In this document: piece after piece, positions 21,671-30,530 of the stretch
Layout of the letters: each line of letters opens with the position of its first letter
Position numbering within the stretch: the stretch's first letter is position 1
Source: Mycobacterium leprae TN
Lineage (GTDB): Bacteria; Actinomycetota; Actinomycetes; Mycobacteriales; Mycobacteriaceae
Direction: 5' to 3'
Length of the DNA: 32,000 nt
NCBI RefSeq assembly: GCF_000195855.1
Contig: NC_002677.1
Span: forward strand, 210,001-242,000
Notes under the pieces: generated by a model
Database searches by the model: none
What the model saw: only the letters and a program-made list of their open reading frames with translations
What the model was told of the DNA's origin: nothing
Made by a program: the position numbers and the translations under genes

Positions 21671-23421
21671 TATGGGAATCACTCGAGTGCTGGTTGCGAA
21701 CAGGGGCAAGAGCGCCCGGAGGATGCCCGTTATCTGCAGTCGACTGGGTTTGGGCCCCGTAGCCGTATACACGGTCCAGGATTTCTGGATCACCGCAAGT
21801 GGCAAAGACAGATTCCTGGGTCGAGTTGCCGTACACCAAAGGTTGCTTGAATGCCTCGCACGATGGACACCTTGCCGCTGCCCATGCTTCCAGTGCACCC
21901 TGGCGATGGATGCCTTTCGGAGAATCTCGACTTCGTGACCGCCTAGTCCGGTTCCGACTAGCGGCGCGTCGCGGTGGCGCTCAAGACCGAGTCCAAGAAA
22001 CTCACGGCAACGGAAGGATTATCGGTGCTCGACGCATTATAATTCGCATCTTGGTCACCGAGGATTAGTTGCCAATGTTGGTTAAGACCTTAGTCAGGGG
22101 GCGGTGGACGGGGTATGCGAGGGGCTAGCGAATTATTAGCCATGCCAGCAGAAGTCTCCGCAGCCCGGCACGAAGCGCAGTCCGCCTTCGGCGATGCGCC
22201 TGTGTTCTGCGTATGCTAATTGTCCAACGGACATCATGTTGAAGTGCAAGTTTTCGCCGACACCAACAGCACCATGTGAGCAGTCGGAGATCAGGCATGC
22301 TCTATTCAGCGCTGCCACCAAAAGATCATCGAAGAAGCGCTGTCGACGCTGCTCGGGCGCACAGCATGTATGCGAACCAAACTTTTCGACGCACCCCAGA
22401 TTGGACAAGAGTAATCGGTCCCATCGGCACCGGAACGGTGAAGCTCCTAGCCTATGACGATGGTAATTCTATCTCTGGTAGATGAACGCCCGCCTGCTGG
22501 TCGAGCAGGCGGTTACCGAAGAAAACACCGAGCTCAATCTCGCTGAACTGCAGCTTACAGTGGCCTATGGGAACGAGACATTGACGTCGATCCTGTACTA
22601 AAGTAATCGATCTCGATCGCAACCTGGCTTTACACCGAGGATTCTGTGCACTGCTGACAGCAACAAGCCATCCTGGTGCACATGATCTACCGACCGACGG
22701 TTAGTGCCGAAATTTTGTTCGCTGGAACAGCGAAGAGGGATCCGACTGGATTCCGGGATTGTGGACGAATCCGCGATGTCGATACTATGACCCGATACTT
22801 GTCAAGGACATCTCTACCACGCTCTGACGCGTCGTTAATCGGCAGTGACGCTCGCTGAAGCGATGAGCAGCGCTCGGCTGCACGGTATGCACGCCAAACC
22901 GTGAATTGCTGGTTAAAAGTTGCGTCAAAGCAGAGCTTTTCTCGACAATTCCATCAGATACCACATTTTTCGATACCCACAACGTGGCGAAGCTGTCGGC
23001 TCCGCTAGCCAACGATAAAGCGATAGGATCATCGGTTCCGATCTCACTTACGGTGCTGCTGGCAGCACGGTTCGGCCACCGTGGACGGGGTTTTGCTGGC
23101 CAACGGGCATAGGGTGGCCTACCGCCTCGCGGTTGTTCGTTACGACCCCAACAATCAGAACATGTACGCCGATTCGGCGCGCGGTTTCGTTAACATGCTC
23201 GCACTGCCACGGTTGCCCAAATTTCGTTAGTCCATTTAACAGAAATCTCTGGTTGCAGCCATGCCAGGCAACGTCATCCCGCTTGGCACCACGGTTCCGG
23301 TACATCCACTGTGCGAAGGTGTGGACCGGTAGGCCGACGGCATACTGACCCAGCTCAACGTCAATACCGATCAACAAGCAGCACTTGGCGTCGTCCTGAC
23401 CACGGGTGGAAGCTCCTGACC
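21666..23421 (+). pseudogene. Biotin carboxylase / BCCP alpha subunit remnant (accA2-like)
   Basis: Frames read MGITRVLVANRGKSARR, SAFGDAPVF, HHVEVQVFADTNST, QRCHQKIIEEA, MNARLLVEQAVTE and a C-terminal BCCP-like MPGNVIPLG...ADGILTQLNVNTDQQAALGVVL then stop. The EAMKME biotin site is not recognisable. Confidence 0.75.
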
Positions 23422-23450
23422 ATTAAGTGATCAAGAGGGCGATCCGTAGT

Positions 23451-24113
23451 GACCGATACCAGCTTTATCGAAAGTTAAGAACGCCAAGAGCTTCGCAAAG
23501 GTGGTGGGCTACCCTGGTAGCCAACTACGGTCACGAGTATTTCTTGGAAAAGGCGAGTTCTCACCAGAACACCAACGAATTATACTCCGAAAAAAGCAAT
23601 CTCGTATTTCTCGATGATGTGCCTCTGCTCGCCGAAGCACTCGTAGTAACCTAGGGTGCCGCAATCGCACAGCTTTTCGCGGGCTTGAACCCCGAACGCA
23701 TTATGGGCGCGTCCAGCGCCATGGTAATGTCATGCTCCACGCTCGATAAGGCCAGCGACTACGTTAAGATCGGCAAAGTCCGGTCCACCCCGATAGATAC
23801 CCATCAGGTTCTGTCACATACGTTGACGCAGAATAACATTGATATCTAATTCGCGAAGACGATACAGAAGACTTCAACACTCTACGACAACGGCGGCGAC
23901 TTTGGCGCGGCCTAGGCCGTCAACATGGCCAAATACGCAGAATCCGGACATGCGGGCAGCCAAGCCATGCAATCAATGGGCGACAACGAGCTGACCTAGG
24001 AGTCAGGCGGTGGAGCAGCGATAACCTCAACCAGGCTCGCACGGATCGTGCCGATTAGTCGCGAGATGGTACTGAGTTGCACAAACATCGCTGGTGCTGT
24101 CCCAGCTTACTGA
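23451..24113 (+). pseudogene. Acyl-CoA dehydrogenase remnant (fadE12-like) with a large internal deletion
   Basis: GTG start then VTDTSFIES(stop)ERQELRK...VANYGHEYFLEKA. The C-terminus reads AKYAESGHAGSQAMQSMG...ARIVPISREMVLS. About 660 bp remain, against about 1.15 kb for an intact ACAD. Confidence 0.65.
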
Positions 24114-24800
24114 TGGATGCACTATAGACTACGCCGGCCCTGCCGCCTAAGGCGGGTCCTTTAGCCCGGCTGACACTGAACTCTCCCAACAACCGCAAAG
24201 CACTCTCGAGCTCCCTGGTTAACCAACTGCAGCAGGGCCTGCGAGACGCGACAGCAGATCCGATGTTTCGGTGGGTGGTCTCGGACCGGTGGTATGTTTT
24301 GCGCCGGTACAGGACTTGAGTGAGGCAGGTGGCGGCGGCACTAAACTCTATATGGTCGTCACGCGTGCCCAGGCAATGACGACGCTGTTAAGCGCCATCG
24401 CTACCGGTGATCGACACCATGCTGTTATAGGCGTATCCGCGACGGCGAAAATCTCACTGACTTTTCTACCGCAGATATCGGCCCACCACACCGGCCGATA
24501 TTACGCTAACCAGCTAACGGTGCGGAGGTCACCGAAGCCGCAAAGATCGGATTGATCCCGCGATGGCAGCTGACTACGTTGATGCCACGGTGGCGTTATT
24601 GGTAACCCCGATAGGTCGCAATTCACCACAGGGTCTTGCAGCGTCGAAGATACTGACCACCGCCGTAGTTATTGAAGAATTCAACCAGGACGCCGAACGA
24701 CTCACCATAGACTCGGGCCCGGATTTTGTCTCCGGTGAAACTCGCTAAGGCCTGCTTATGTGACTGCAAAACGGCAGTCAAGGTGGACCACACCGCTCGC
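24113..24800 (+). pseudogene. Enoyl-CoA hydratase/isomerase remnant (echA7-like)
   Basis: Frames read LTLNSPNNRKALSSSLVNQLQQGLRDATADPMFR, FAPVQDLSEAGGGG, LLSAIATG, ARYYLTS-like text and SPQGLAASKILTTAVV..FNQDAERLT. Multiple stops. The ATG overlaps the upstream stop (TGATG). Confidence 0.7.
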
Positions 24801-24928
24801 CGACGATGCGAGCCACTGAAGCGGCCCGAGGTGAGAGCGGGCCATCAGGACCAAACTATACGGTCGCTGCAAAAGCTGCAGTTTAGGCACTGCTATTGCA
24901 GCCAAATCTTTAGGTCGTACGCTCATAG

Positions 24929-25534
24929 GTGATGAGCAATTCAGCGCAACGTGATGCGAAGGGCGCACGTGACGAACCTTTGCGTGCAGCAGACACCGAC
25001 CGCATCCAGATTGCGCAGTTGCTAGCCTATGCCGCTGAGCAAGGCCGCTTGGAGCTGAAAGACTATGAAGATCGACTTGCTAAGGCGTATGCGGCAACAA
25101 CGTACCAGGAGTTGGAGCAGCTGCGAGACGATCTGCCGGGTTCGCAAGTAAGCGCTCGTCGAGGCGGCAATCCCAATCCGGCTCCATCAACGCTGCTTCT
25201 GGCCCTGATGAGCGGATTTGAGCGACGAGGTCGATGGAATGTGCCGAGGAAGTTGACTACATTCTCTCTTTGGGGTAGTGGGGTGCTGGATTTGCGCTAC
25301 GCGGACTTTACTTCGACAGAGGTTGAACTTCATGCATACTCGGTGATGGGCGTGCAGACTATTTTGCTGCCGCCCGAAGTCAACGTGGAGATCAGTGGCC
25401 ACGGTGTGATGGGTAGCTTCGACCGTCAAGTACGAGGCCAAGGCACGCCAGGCGCGCCAACGGTGAAAATTCGCGGCTTCTCGCTGTGGGGCGGCGTGGG
25501 AATCAAGCGCAAAGCCCGTAGGCCTCGCAGGTAG
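24929..25534 (+). CDS. DUF1707 domain protein (Rv0966c-like), apparently intact
   Basis: Uninterrupted 201-aa ORF. The N-terminus (LRAADTDRIQIAQLLAYAAEQGRLELKDYEDRLAKAYAATTYQELEQLRDDLP) is a classic DUF1707 helix pair. A basic tail closes the C-terminal beta-rich domain. The start is GTG 24929 or ATG 24932. Confidence 0.8.
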   Translation: MMSNSAQRDAKGARDEPLRAADTDRIQIAQLLAYAAEQGRLELKDYEDRLAKAYAATTYQELEQLRDDLPGSQVSARRGGNPNPAPSTLLLALMSGFERRGRWNVPRKLTTFSLWGSGVLDLRYADFTSTEVELHAYSVMGVQTILLPPEVNVEISGHGVMGSFDRQVRGQGTPGAPTVKIRGFSLWGGVGIKRKARRPRR

Positions 25535-25654
25535 CAGACGACCGGTCGGGTCACATATTCGGCAGTGACGTGATGGGCTGGCCCCCTGATGGCTCGTGCC
25601 ATACTCCGGTGAGAAATGCCGAGGGTGTGAATTTGATCCGGGCAAGGGGCGGTT

Positions 25655-25867
25655 ATGGCCGAGGAGCTGTGGGCGATTCCTGACGTACTCTGCTATGCGG
25701 GTAATGAGCTGGCCAAGCATGGCGATTTGTTGCCGGTGTCACAGCGAGCCTGCCGCCGCGAAGCGGAGAACGCCCAGTTAGGATGGGTCGGCTCCTCGAC
25801 GGTCGCGTTGTCGGTGTTGCTTGGCCAGTTGAGCATCACACTCAAGGTGCTGCCCTGGCCCAAGTGA
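25655..25867 (+). pseudogene. WXG-motif helical ORF, probably the N-terminal part of the downstream decayed gene
   Basis: 70-aa ORF with NAQLGWVGSS (a W-x-G turn) between helical stretches, ending at a TGA. It is shorter than typical WXG100 proteins. Confidence 0.35.
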
Positions 25868-27440
25868 GTGACAACACCTATGGTGAAATTTGACCAAAGC
25901 CATGACGTTGAACCTGGTTTGATATTGAGCGCTGGGATTCTGCTGCGATCACGACGGTCTTGGGGAAGCTGTCATCAAGCGTGCGCACGGCACTCACACC
26001 GCATCGTAAGCGCTGTGCGAAATTATGCGATTGCTCGATTTTGGCGCTAACATCGCAGCAGTGGTACAACGAAGGGCTCGCAGTGCGAGTGGTGCTTTCC
26101 GCCACCCACGCAGAAGCCTAGGAAGTCGTAGCGCGAGTCGCGGAGAAGTCGGCTGACGAAATTTCCGTAATCCGTTGGTGTTGCAGACGATTCGTCGGAC
26201 AGCTCGGGATCAGCAGTTCACGATTGTCGATACCACCTGGTGCGGTATTGCCGCCTTCCACCTTGTGGTCATTATCCGCTGTGGACCAGAACTGCATCCT
26301 TGACACCGCAATCATACTGAGGAAAACTATCCTTTAGTTGTCTGCTAATGCAGAGAATGCAGCTGAGGATCTGACGGCGGCGATTCGTACCATCGACGGT
26401 GGATTGCCCCCGGGCAGGTCAATGTCGAAATCAGGCACGGGCAGACCAAATGCTGTATCTGTCACAGCCAGATAGTAGCCCCCATGCGGGCAACATGTGG
26501 TGACGTTTGCTGATTCCGGGTCAGCAGATATAGGACCACACAGTGGTTCAGAAACTCCATCCGCAATCTCGATGGCATCACTAACGAGGTCCGTGACGAG
26601 AGCAATAATGATTGTGCTGCAACATGAAATTACTCGTCTGCAGAATGGTTGGTACTACGGTAACAGAGTCTGGCATCAGGACATCGATAAGTTGGCGGAT
26701 CTCAAGCAGCTACGAGATACATTGGCTGGAACACAGCGGAATCAGCTGATATTGTCTTTCACCACAAGAAATCTCAGCAAAGGGCTTGAGGCCTTTGGGC
26801 TCGTAGATCTCTACAACGAATACGTGTCGAAATCACTGTCGGTGTAACGAACTCTCGAATCAACTCGACTGTTGCACAGACGGTTAGCGACACCCAAGCT
26901 CAGCGTAACAAAGCAGTCGATTTGCGCAGACAATGTTAGCATCGCGGATTCAGGTGCTGTGGCTTGTAGTACCTGGTTGGTCTATGACAAGTCGGATAGT
27001 CTACTAGAGGTTACCCACGACCGGCTCTCCCGCGCGGGCGATGGACCATTCAATAGCTTCTATAAGGGCTTGGTGGCCACCACAACTATGCTGGATCAGC
27101 ACATAACCGAGTTCGGGTATTCCTATAGGTCGCTAACCATTCAGGCTGGCAAACCCGTCAACGACCGTTGTCTTATATAGCTCACCGAGTACCGAGTTCA
27201 GCAACGCCGCTACGCTTGGGGTTGAATCTGGATATGCTGATTACATGATCGTGGACAAAGACGCGACCGCCAATCTGATTCCTTATGCCGGCATGTTAGG
27301 CAAGGGTCTGCAAGATGTTTCTGGATTCATCGAGCTGTACACTCAGTCAGGTTGCACTCTTGATGGAAAATCCGATAATGAGCAGTGGAATTGCGGCGCA
27401 TACGACCACACCGAATATCTTTGCGTCAAGCCTAACTGAC
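25868..27440 (+). pseudogene. Putative DUF1023-type alpha/beta hydrolase remnant
   Basis: Frames read LADLKQLRDTLAGTQRNQLILSF...LEAFGLVD (compare LLSFDP..AAVAVGD.D), AVACSTWLVYDKSD (compare vaWlGYdaP), SFYKGLVATT, HITEFGYSYRSLTI (compare hlTvvGHSYGS) and a YDHTEYL end. Several stops. Assigned from memory of the family, not a search. Confidence 0.4.
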
Positions 27441-28328
27441 GGCTATGCATGAGCGACCACACCTTGGCCGCGGTGCTGGCCAGGACTGCCGAAAGACCAG
27501 ATTCAAACCACTGCCGCCTGCGATCTCCTGCGACAAGCGCCGATCATCATCGGCCAGACCGTAGTAATGAGGGAATGATGAGCGACGACACTCTGAGCGC
27601 CAAGAAGTGCGGCGTTGTTAACTGGATGCGTTTAGCCGACAAGCTTCAACCCATACTCGATGCCGTGGCAAAACGAGACATGAGCAAAAAATTGTCAGCC
27701 AGCAACCAGGCCTGGAAATCGTCGTGCAGCAGCTCTCCAACGTAGACGTCACAATCCGCACGACAATTGCGGAATACTCATCGGTAAACAATTTTTTTAC
27801 AGCGCAAGTTTCACATCAAACAAGGGCTGTAGTGGTCCGTTCATCGCTTCCATCGGTCAGCCAGCAGGATACCGTCTGTTCTTCGTCAGCCCTTCTCCAA
27901 CGTAGGGGCAATGGCTGCATATCGTGACCGAGTTGGCGTCAGCGTTCACGGCGGTGAACTTTCGTCCCAACAATTCTGCGCTCGGGAATCCACCACTGCC
28001 CCTGGGCACACCCAAAAATTCCCGAATCAGCGACGCTGGTGTATTAATTTACCTGGTAAAGAGCAGCAATGCCACCCCATTTGGATTACCCCAATGGGGT
28101 GGTTGTCATCCACCTGCTGCTTGGTGCACAACACATCACACTATCGAGCATCCGACCCAGATGGCCCAAACATACACTAGCCCAGACCTGTACGGACTCC
28201 CCTGGTCGCCGAAAAGTTCCGACATCTCCGCTCGATATTTATCACCATCTCGCCGCGCTTGCGATCATGTCACGAGACATGTAGTGACACGCTACCAAAC
28301 CGTAAACCCTAACGGCGCCGCCGCGACC

Positions 28329-28529
28329 TCAGGTAAGTTGCCCACCGCAGCCCAGGCTGTCTAGATCAATCACCACAATGCGCCCCTCGACCTGACGCGC
28401 GCCCGGGTCAATAAACCATGCAGTGATAGATAACCCCTTAGTCGAAAGATCGTTACTTGATGCACCCAGTGTTGCCATATCGTCTAATCCGCGCACGGTG
28501 TGGGCGATGGTTAATGTTAGCGCGGACTC
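28329..28529 (-). pseudogene. Probable detached 3' end of the vWA (Rv0959-like) pseudogene; alternatively the IS30 transposase C-terminus
   Basis: Minus strand reads TIAHTVRGLDDMATLGASSNDLSTKGLSITAWFIDPGARQVEGRIVVIDLDSLG...stop. This fits the last helix-strand units of a vWA fold, about 65 aa, which the plus-strand remnant ending at 19745 lacks. Confidence 0.45.
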
Positions 28530-28554
28530 GTTGTGGGGGTGGAGTAAAGGGTGG
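28530..28554. repeat. Inverted repeat arm A (gttgtgggggtggagtaaagggtgg)
   Basis: Exact reverse complement of 29385-29409. Similarity continues imperfectly about 20 nt inward (cagtgt..ttg). Confidence 0.95.
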
Positions 28555-29384
28555 TGGGTCAGTGTATTGGCGGGTCGGTGCGTCAGGTCGCAAAGGTCGG
28601 TATCGATGCCGTGGTGATGCGGGTATGAGAGTCGTTTCGAGGTCTTGGTCTCACGCTGGGGTTGTACAGCGATTCTGTGGTAGGGCGTTGTCTTGTGGTT
28701 GATCATGGCCGCAGTGATCACATCAGTGCTGTGGTCCTTGGATAGGTGTAGCAGCTGCACGAATCCGCTACTTGTGTTCGGCCAGGGCGCCGATTTGGGG
28801 GTCTAATTTTTGCCGATGATTACATCATCCGCCCAATGCTATGAGGTTAGAGCACCACACGGTCGTGTAGTTTTCGCGGGACGTGCACTGGTGGTGGCCA
28901 TACCTAGAGAATAATGGTGGTGCCCGGTTTTAGCGTGCTGTGCCCTCAGCGTGCGGAACATCCACCCAGTGCGCACATGTTGGTTGAGCTTGGACTCGAT
29001 GTTGAAGTGTTTTATAGGACACCTGCATCTTTCGGGCCGGTCGGGATAGGTTTTGGGCCAACACCCCCACAATTTGTTCGGGACTGTACTTCTTGGCCAG
29101 CACACATGTCTATCTCCGTACGCAGCTGCCCACAACGCTCACCTTGCCGGCCTTTAAAGCCACTGGCCCACTGCTCACTGCATAGCTAAGCAATACAAGC
29201 TCAGTAACCCGATTGAGCGTCTTAGCCAGCATAGTTGGTGTCGAATCAGTGCAACCCCCAAAGCAACCCGCAAACACGCGGGCCCCACCCTTGCTGGTGA
29301 TCTCACGCACGATCCCCACCCCCACCCAACCCAAACGAACGGTTAACGATCGATCACATCAACTCACAACACTGCAACACACCG

Positions 29385-29409
29385 CCACCCTTTACTCCAC
29401 CCCCACAAC
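29385..29409. repeat. Inverted repeat arm B (ccaccctttactccacccccacaac)
   Basis: Exact reverse complement of 28530-28554; 830 bp separate the two arms. Confidence 0.95.
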
Positions 29410-29480
29410 AGAACATGCACACAAAGTACAATTCAACAATCTTGCAGATCCGTCGTGGCCCTCGTGGGCCGCGGTATAAG

Positions 29481-29972
29481 TCACGTGGCAGATCGCCAGC
29501 GAGTTCCCGCTGTGGTCAAATATTGGGCAGGATCTCTCGTTCTGTTAACGAGCTCAACGCCTTTTGCAGCTGTTCGCGCTCCATTGCGGTCCCGGTGAAC
29601 TTCCGGCTCACTCTGGCCTAGGTGGTCGCCTTCGACGCGAACTATCCGTGCTCCGATACCGAGGAGTTCGGCCAGCGCCTGTACCGCATCTTCCAGACCG
29701 GCGGAGTTCAGGCGGCCGGTGTTGACGACTATGCACTTACGATCGCGGGTAAATTTCAGTGCAGTCTTCAAGTTGAATTCAGGAAGATCTTGGCGGCGTG
29801 CCCCGGTTGGGGTGTTTCTCCTGTCGCTACCAAGAAGCATCGTAGTCACTTCGGCCAGGTAGTCACCGGTGACGAAGTTGAGTTCGCCGTAGGTGAGTAT
29901 TTTGCGCATGACTGATAGTCGGTTACCGTAGAAGGCCGGGCAATTACTGATGCGGACGGTGTGAGAAACCAT
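29481..29972 (-). pseudogene. AtuA-like (DUF1446, Rv0976c-like) gene, N-terminal fragment only
   Basis: ORF reads MVSHTVRISNCPAFYGNRLSVMRKILTYGELNFVTGDYLAEVTTMLLG...IVVNTGRLNSAGLEDAVQALAELLGIGARIVRVEGD. This matches the DUF1446 N-terminus (VRIANCSGFYGDRLSA..E.L.GGELDVLTGDYLAELTM). Family members are about 450-600 aa, and similarity is lost after about 115 aa. Confidence 0.6.
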
Positions 29973-30236
29973 CTGCGTCTCCCGTTAAGGGACTACAAAC
30001 CTATTTGGGTGCAACAAATCAACCGGCTGGTTGTCCGCTGTGGCTAGTGTCACGTCAAGGTGTCGCCGCGACCCACCGTACGTTACGCTCAAGACACGCC
30101 CTGTGATGGATTGCTCTGACTTAAGTTTCGCTGGGTGGTGCGGCCTGTGGCCTGGCCAGTTTGGTGAGCAATAGGTCGCCAAACTATTATTTATTAACAG
30201 CAATCGTTAATCTCAATCGAGGAGTAGGGGCCGATT

Positions 30237-30410
30237 ATGGCTACACCTAAGCGCAGGATGTCGCGCGCGAACACCCGCAGCCGGCGCGCGCAGTGGAAGG
30301 CTGCTCGGACCGAGCTTGTCGGTGTGACGGTGGCGGGTCAGCGGCACAAGGTGCCTCGCAGGCTACTCAAGGCGGCACGTCTTGGTCTTATCGACCTTGA
30401 CCGGCGTTAA
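30237..30410 (+). CDS. rpmF: 50S ribosomal protein L32
   Basis: 57-aa ORF, below the ORF-track cutoff: [58 protein letters not shown] ggag lies 12 nt upstream. The N-terminus is the typical L32 MAVPKRR.S. Confidence 0.93.
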   Translation: MATPKRRMSRANTRSRRAQWKAARTELVGVTVAGQRHKVPRRLLKAARLGLIDLDRR

Positions 30411-30530
30411 TCCTGATTCCACCGTTGCCGTGTAACGGGGTCGACGCACGCGTCGTTGACTGGAAAATTGCGATTCAACGCCAGCGATCCTTGCAAGTCG
30501 CTCTCAGGCTCCGAGACCGAATTAGTAGCT

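Larger units (their letters stand above)
28530..29409 (-). mobile_element. IS30-family insertion sequence remnant (decayed transposase) bounded by 25-bp inverted repeats
   Basis: Minus-strand frames read REITSKGGARV (compare ISREI.RNGG), PNKLWGCWPKTYPDRPE (compare SPEQIAGWLK..YPDDPE), VSYKTLHIES, RPAKTTRPCGALTS.HWADDVIIGKN (compare [21 protein letters not shown]), FVQLLHLSKDHS and GIDTDLCDLTHRP (compare G..VYFCDPHSPWQRG). Stops and frameshifts occur throughout. Confidence 0.65.

Noticed and set aside
22857-22880. EAMSSARL read as the EAMKME biotinylation motif
   Set aside because: Its position is too early relative to the BCCP-like C-terminus at about 23270-23421, so the resemblance is probably chance.
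23048-23377. 109-aa minus-strand ORF between the carboxylase and fadE12 remnants, initially considered a separate gene
   Set aside because: The plus strand here reads the C-terminal BCCP-like part of the accA2 remnant (MPGNVIPLG...ADGILTQLNVNTDQQAALGVVL), so the minus ORF is antisense to a relic.
28072-28102. 10-bp-stem hairpin ccaccccatt / aatggggtgg with an 11-nt loop
   Set aside because: The structure is real in the sequence but short, isolated in unassigned decayed DNA and without a T-tract. There is not enough to assign a function.
27449-28328. ORFs 27449-27745 and 27924-28364 as candidate genes, or vapBC9/Rv0961 relics expected from synteny
   Set aside because: No frame on either strand gave a recognisable PIN, antitoxin or other domain. 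The region is left unassigned rather than guessed.
29985-30203. 72-aa minus-strand ORF upstream of rpmF
   Set aside because: It has a TTG start and no recognisable family, and it lies in the rpmF promoter region. It cannot be supported as a gene.
16200-30236. Search for the RLEP repeat, CRISPR arrays or intact defence/toxin systems in the accessory-looking region
   Set aside because: The RLEP PCR primer sequences I remember are not present. No regularly spaced direct repeats were seen. Apart from the DUF1707 ORF at 24929-25534, all longer ORFs resolve to pseudogene fragments or their antisense strands.
30499-30520. Imperfect palindrome gctctcaggctccgagac just upstream of mprA as a possible MprA autoregulatory box
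   Set aside because: I cannot recall the MprA box consensus precisely. The site is only about 10-30 nt from the start codon, which is atypical for an activator site.
30456-30530. TTG start giving a 253-aa MprA
   Set aside because: The extra 25 aa ([15 protein letters not shown]...) precede the receiver domain and are not a feature of OmpR-family regulators. GTG at 30531 gives the canonical [10 protein letters not shown]-terminus.
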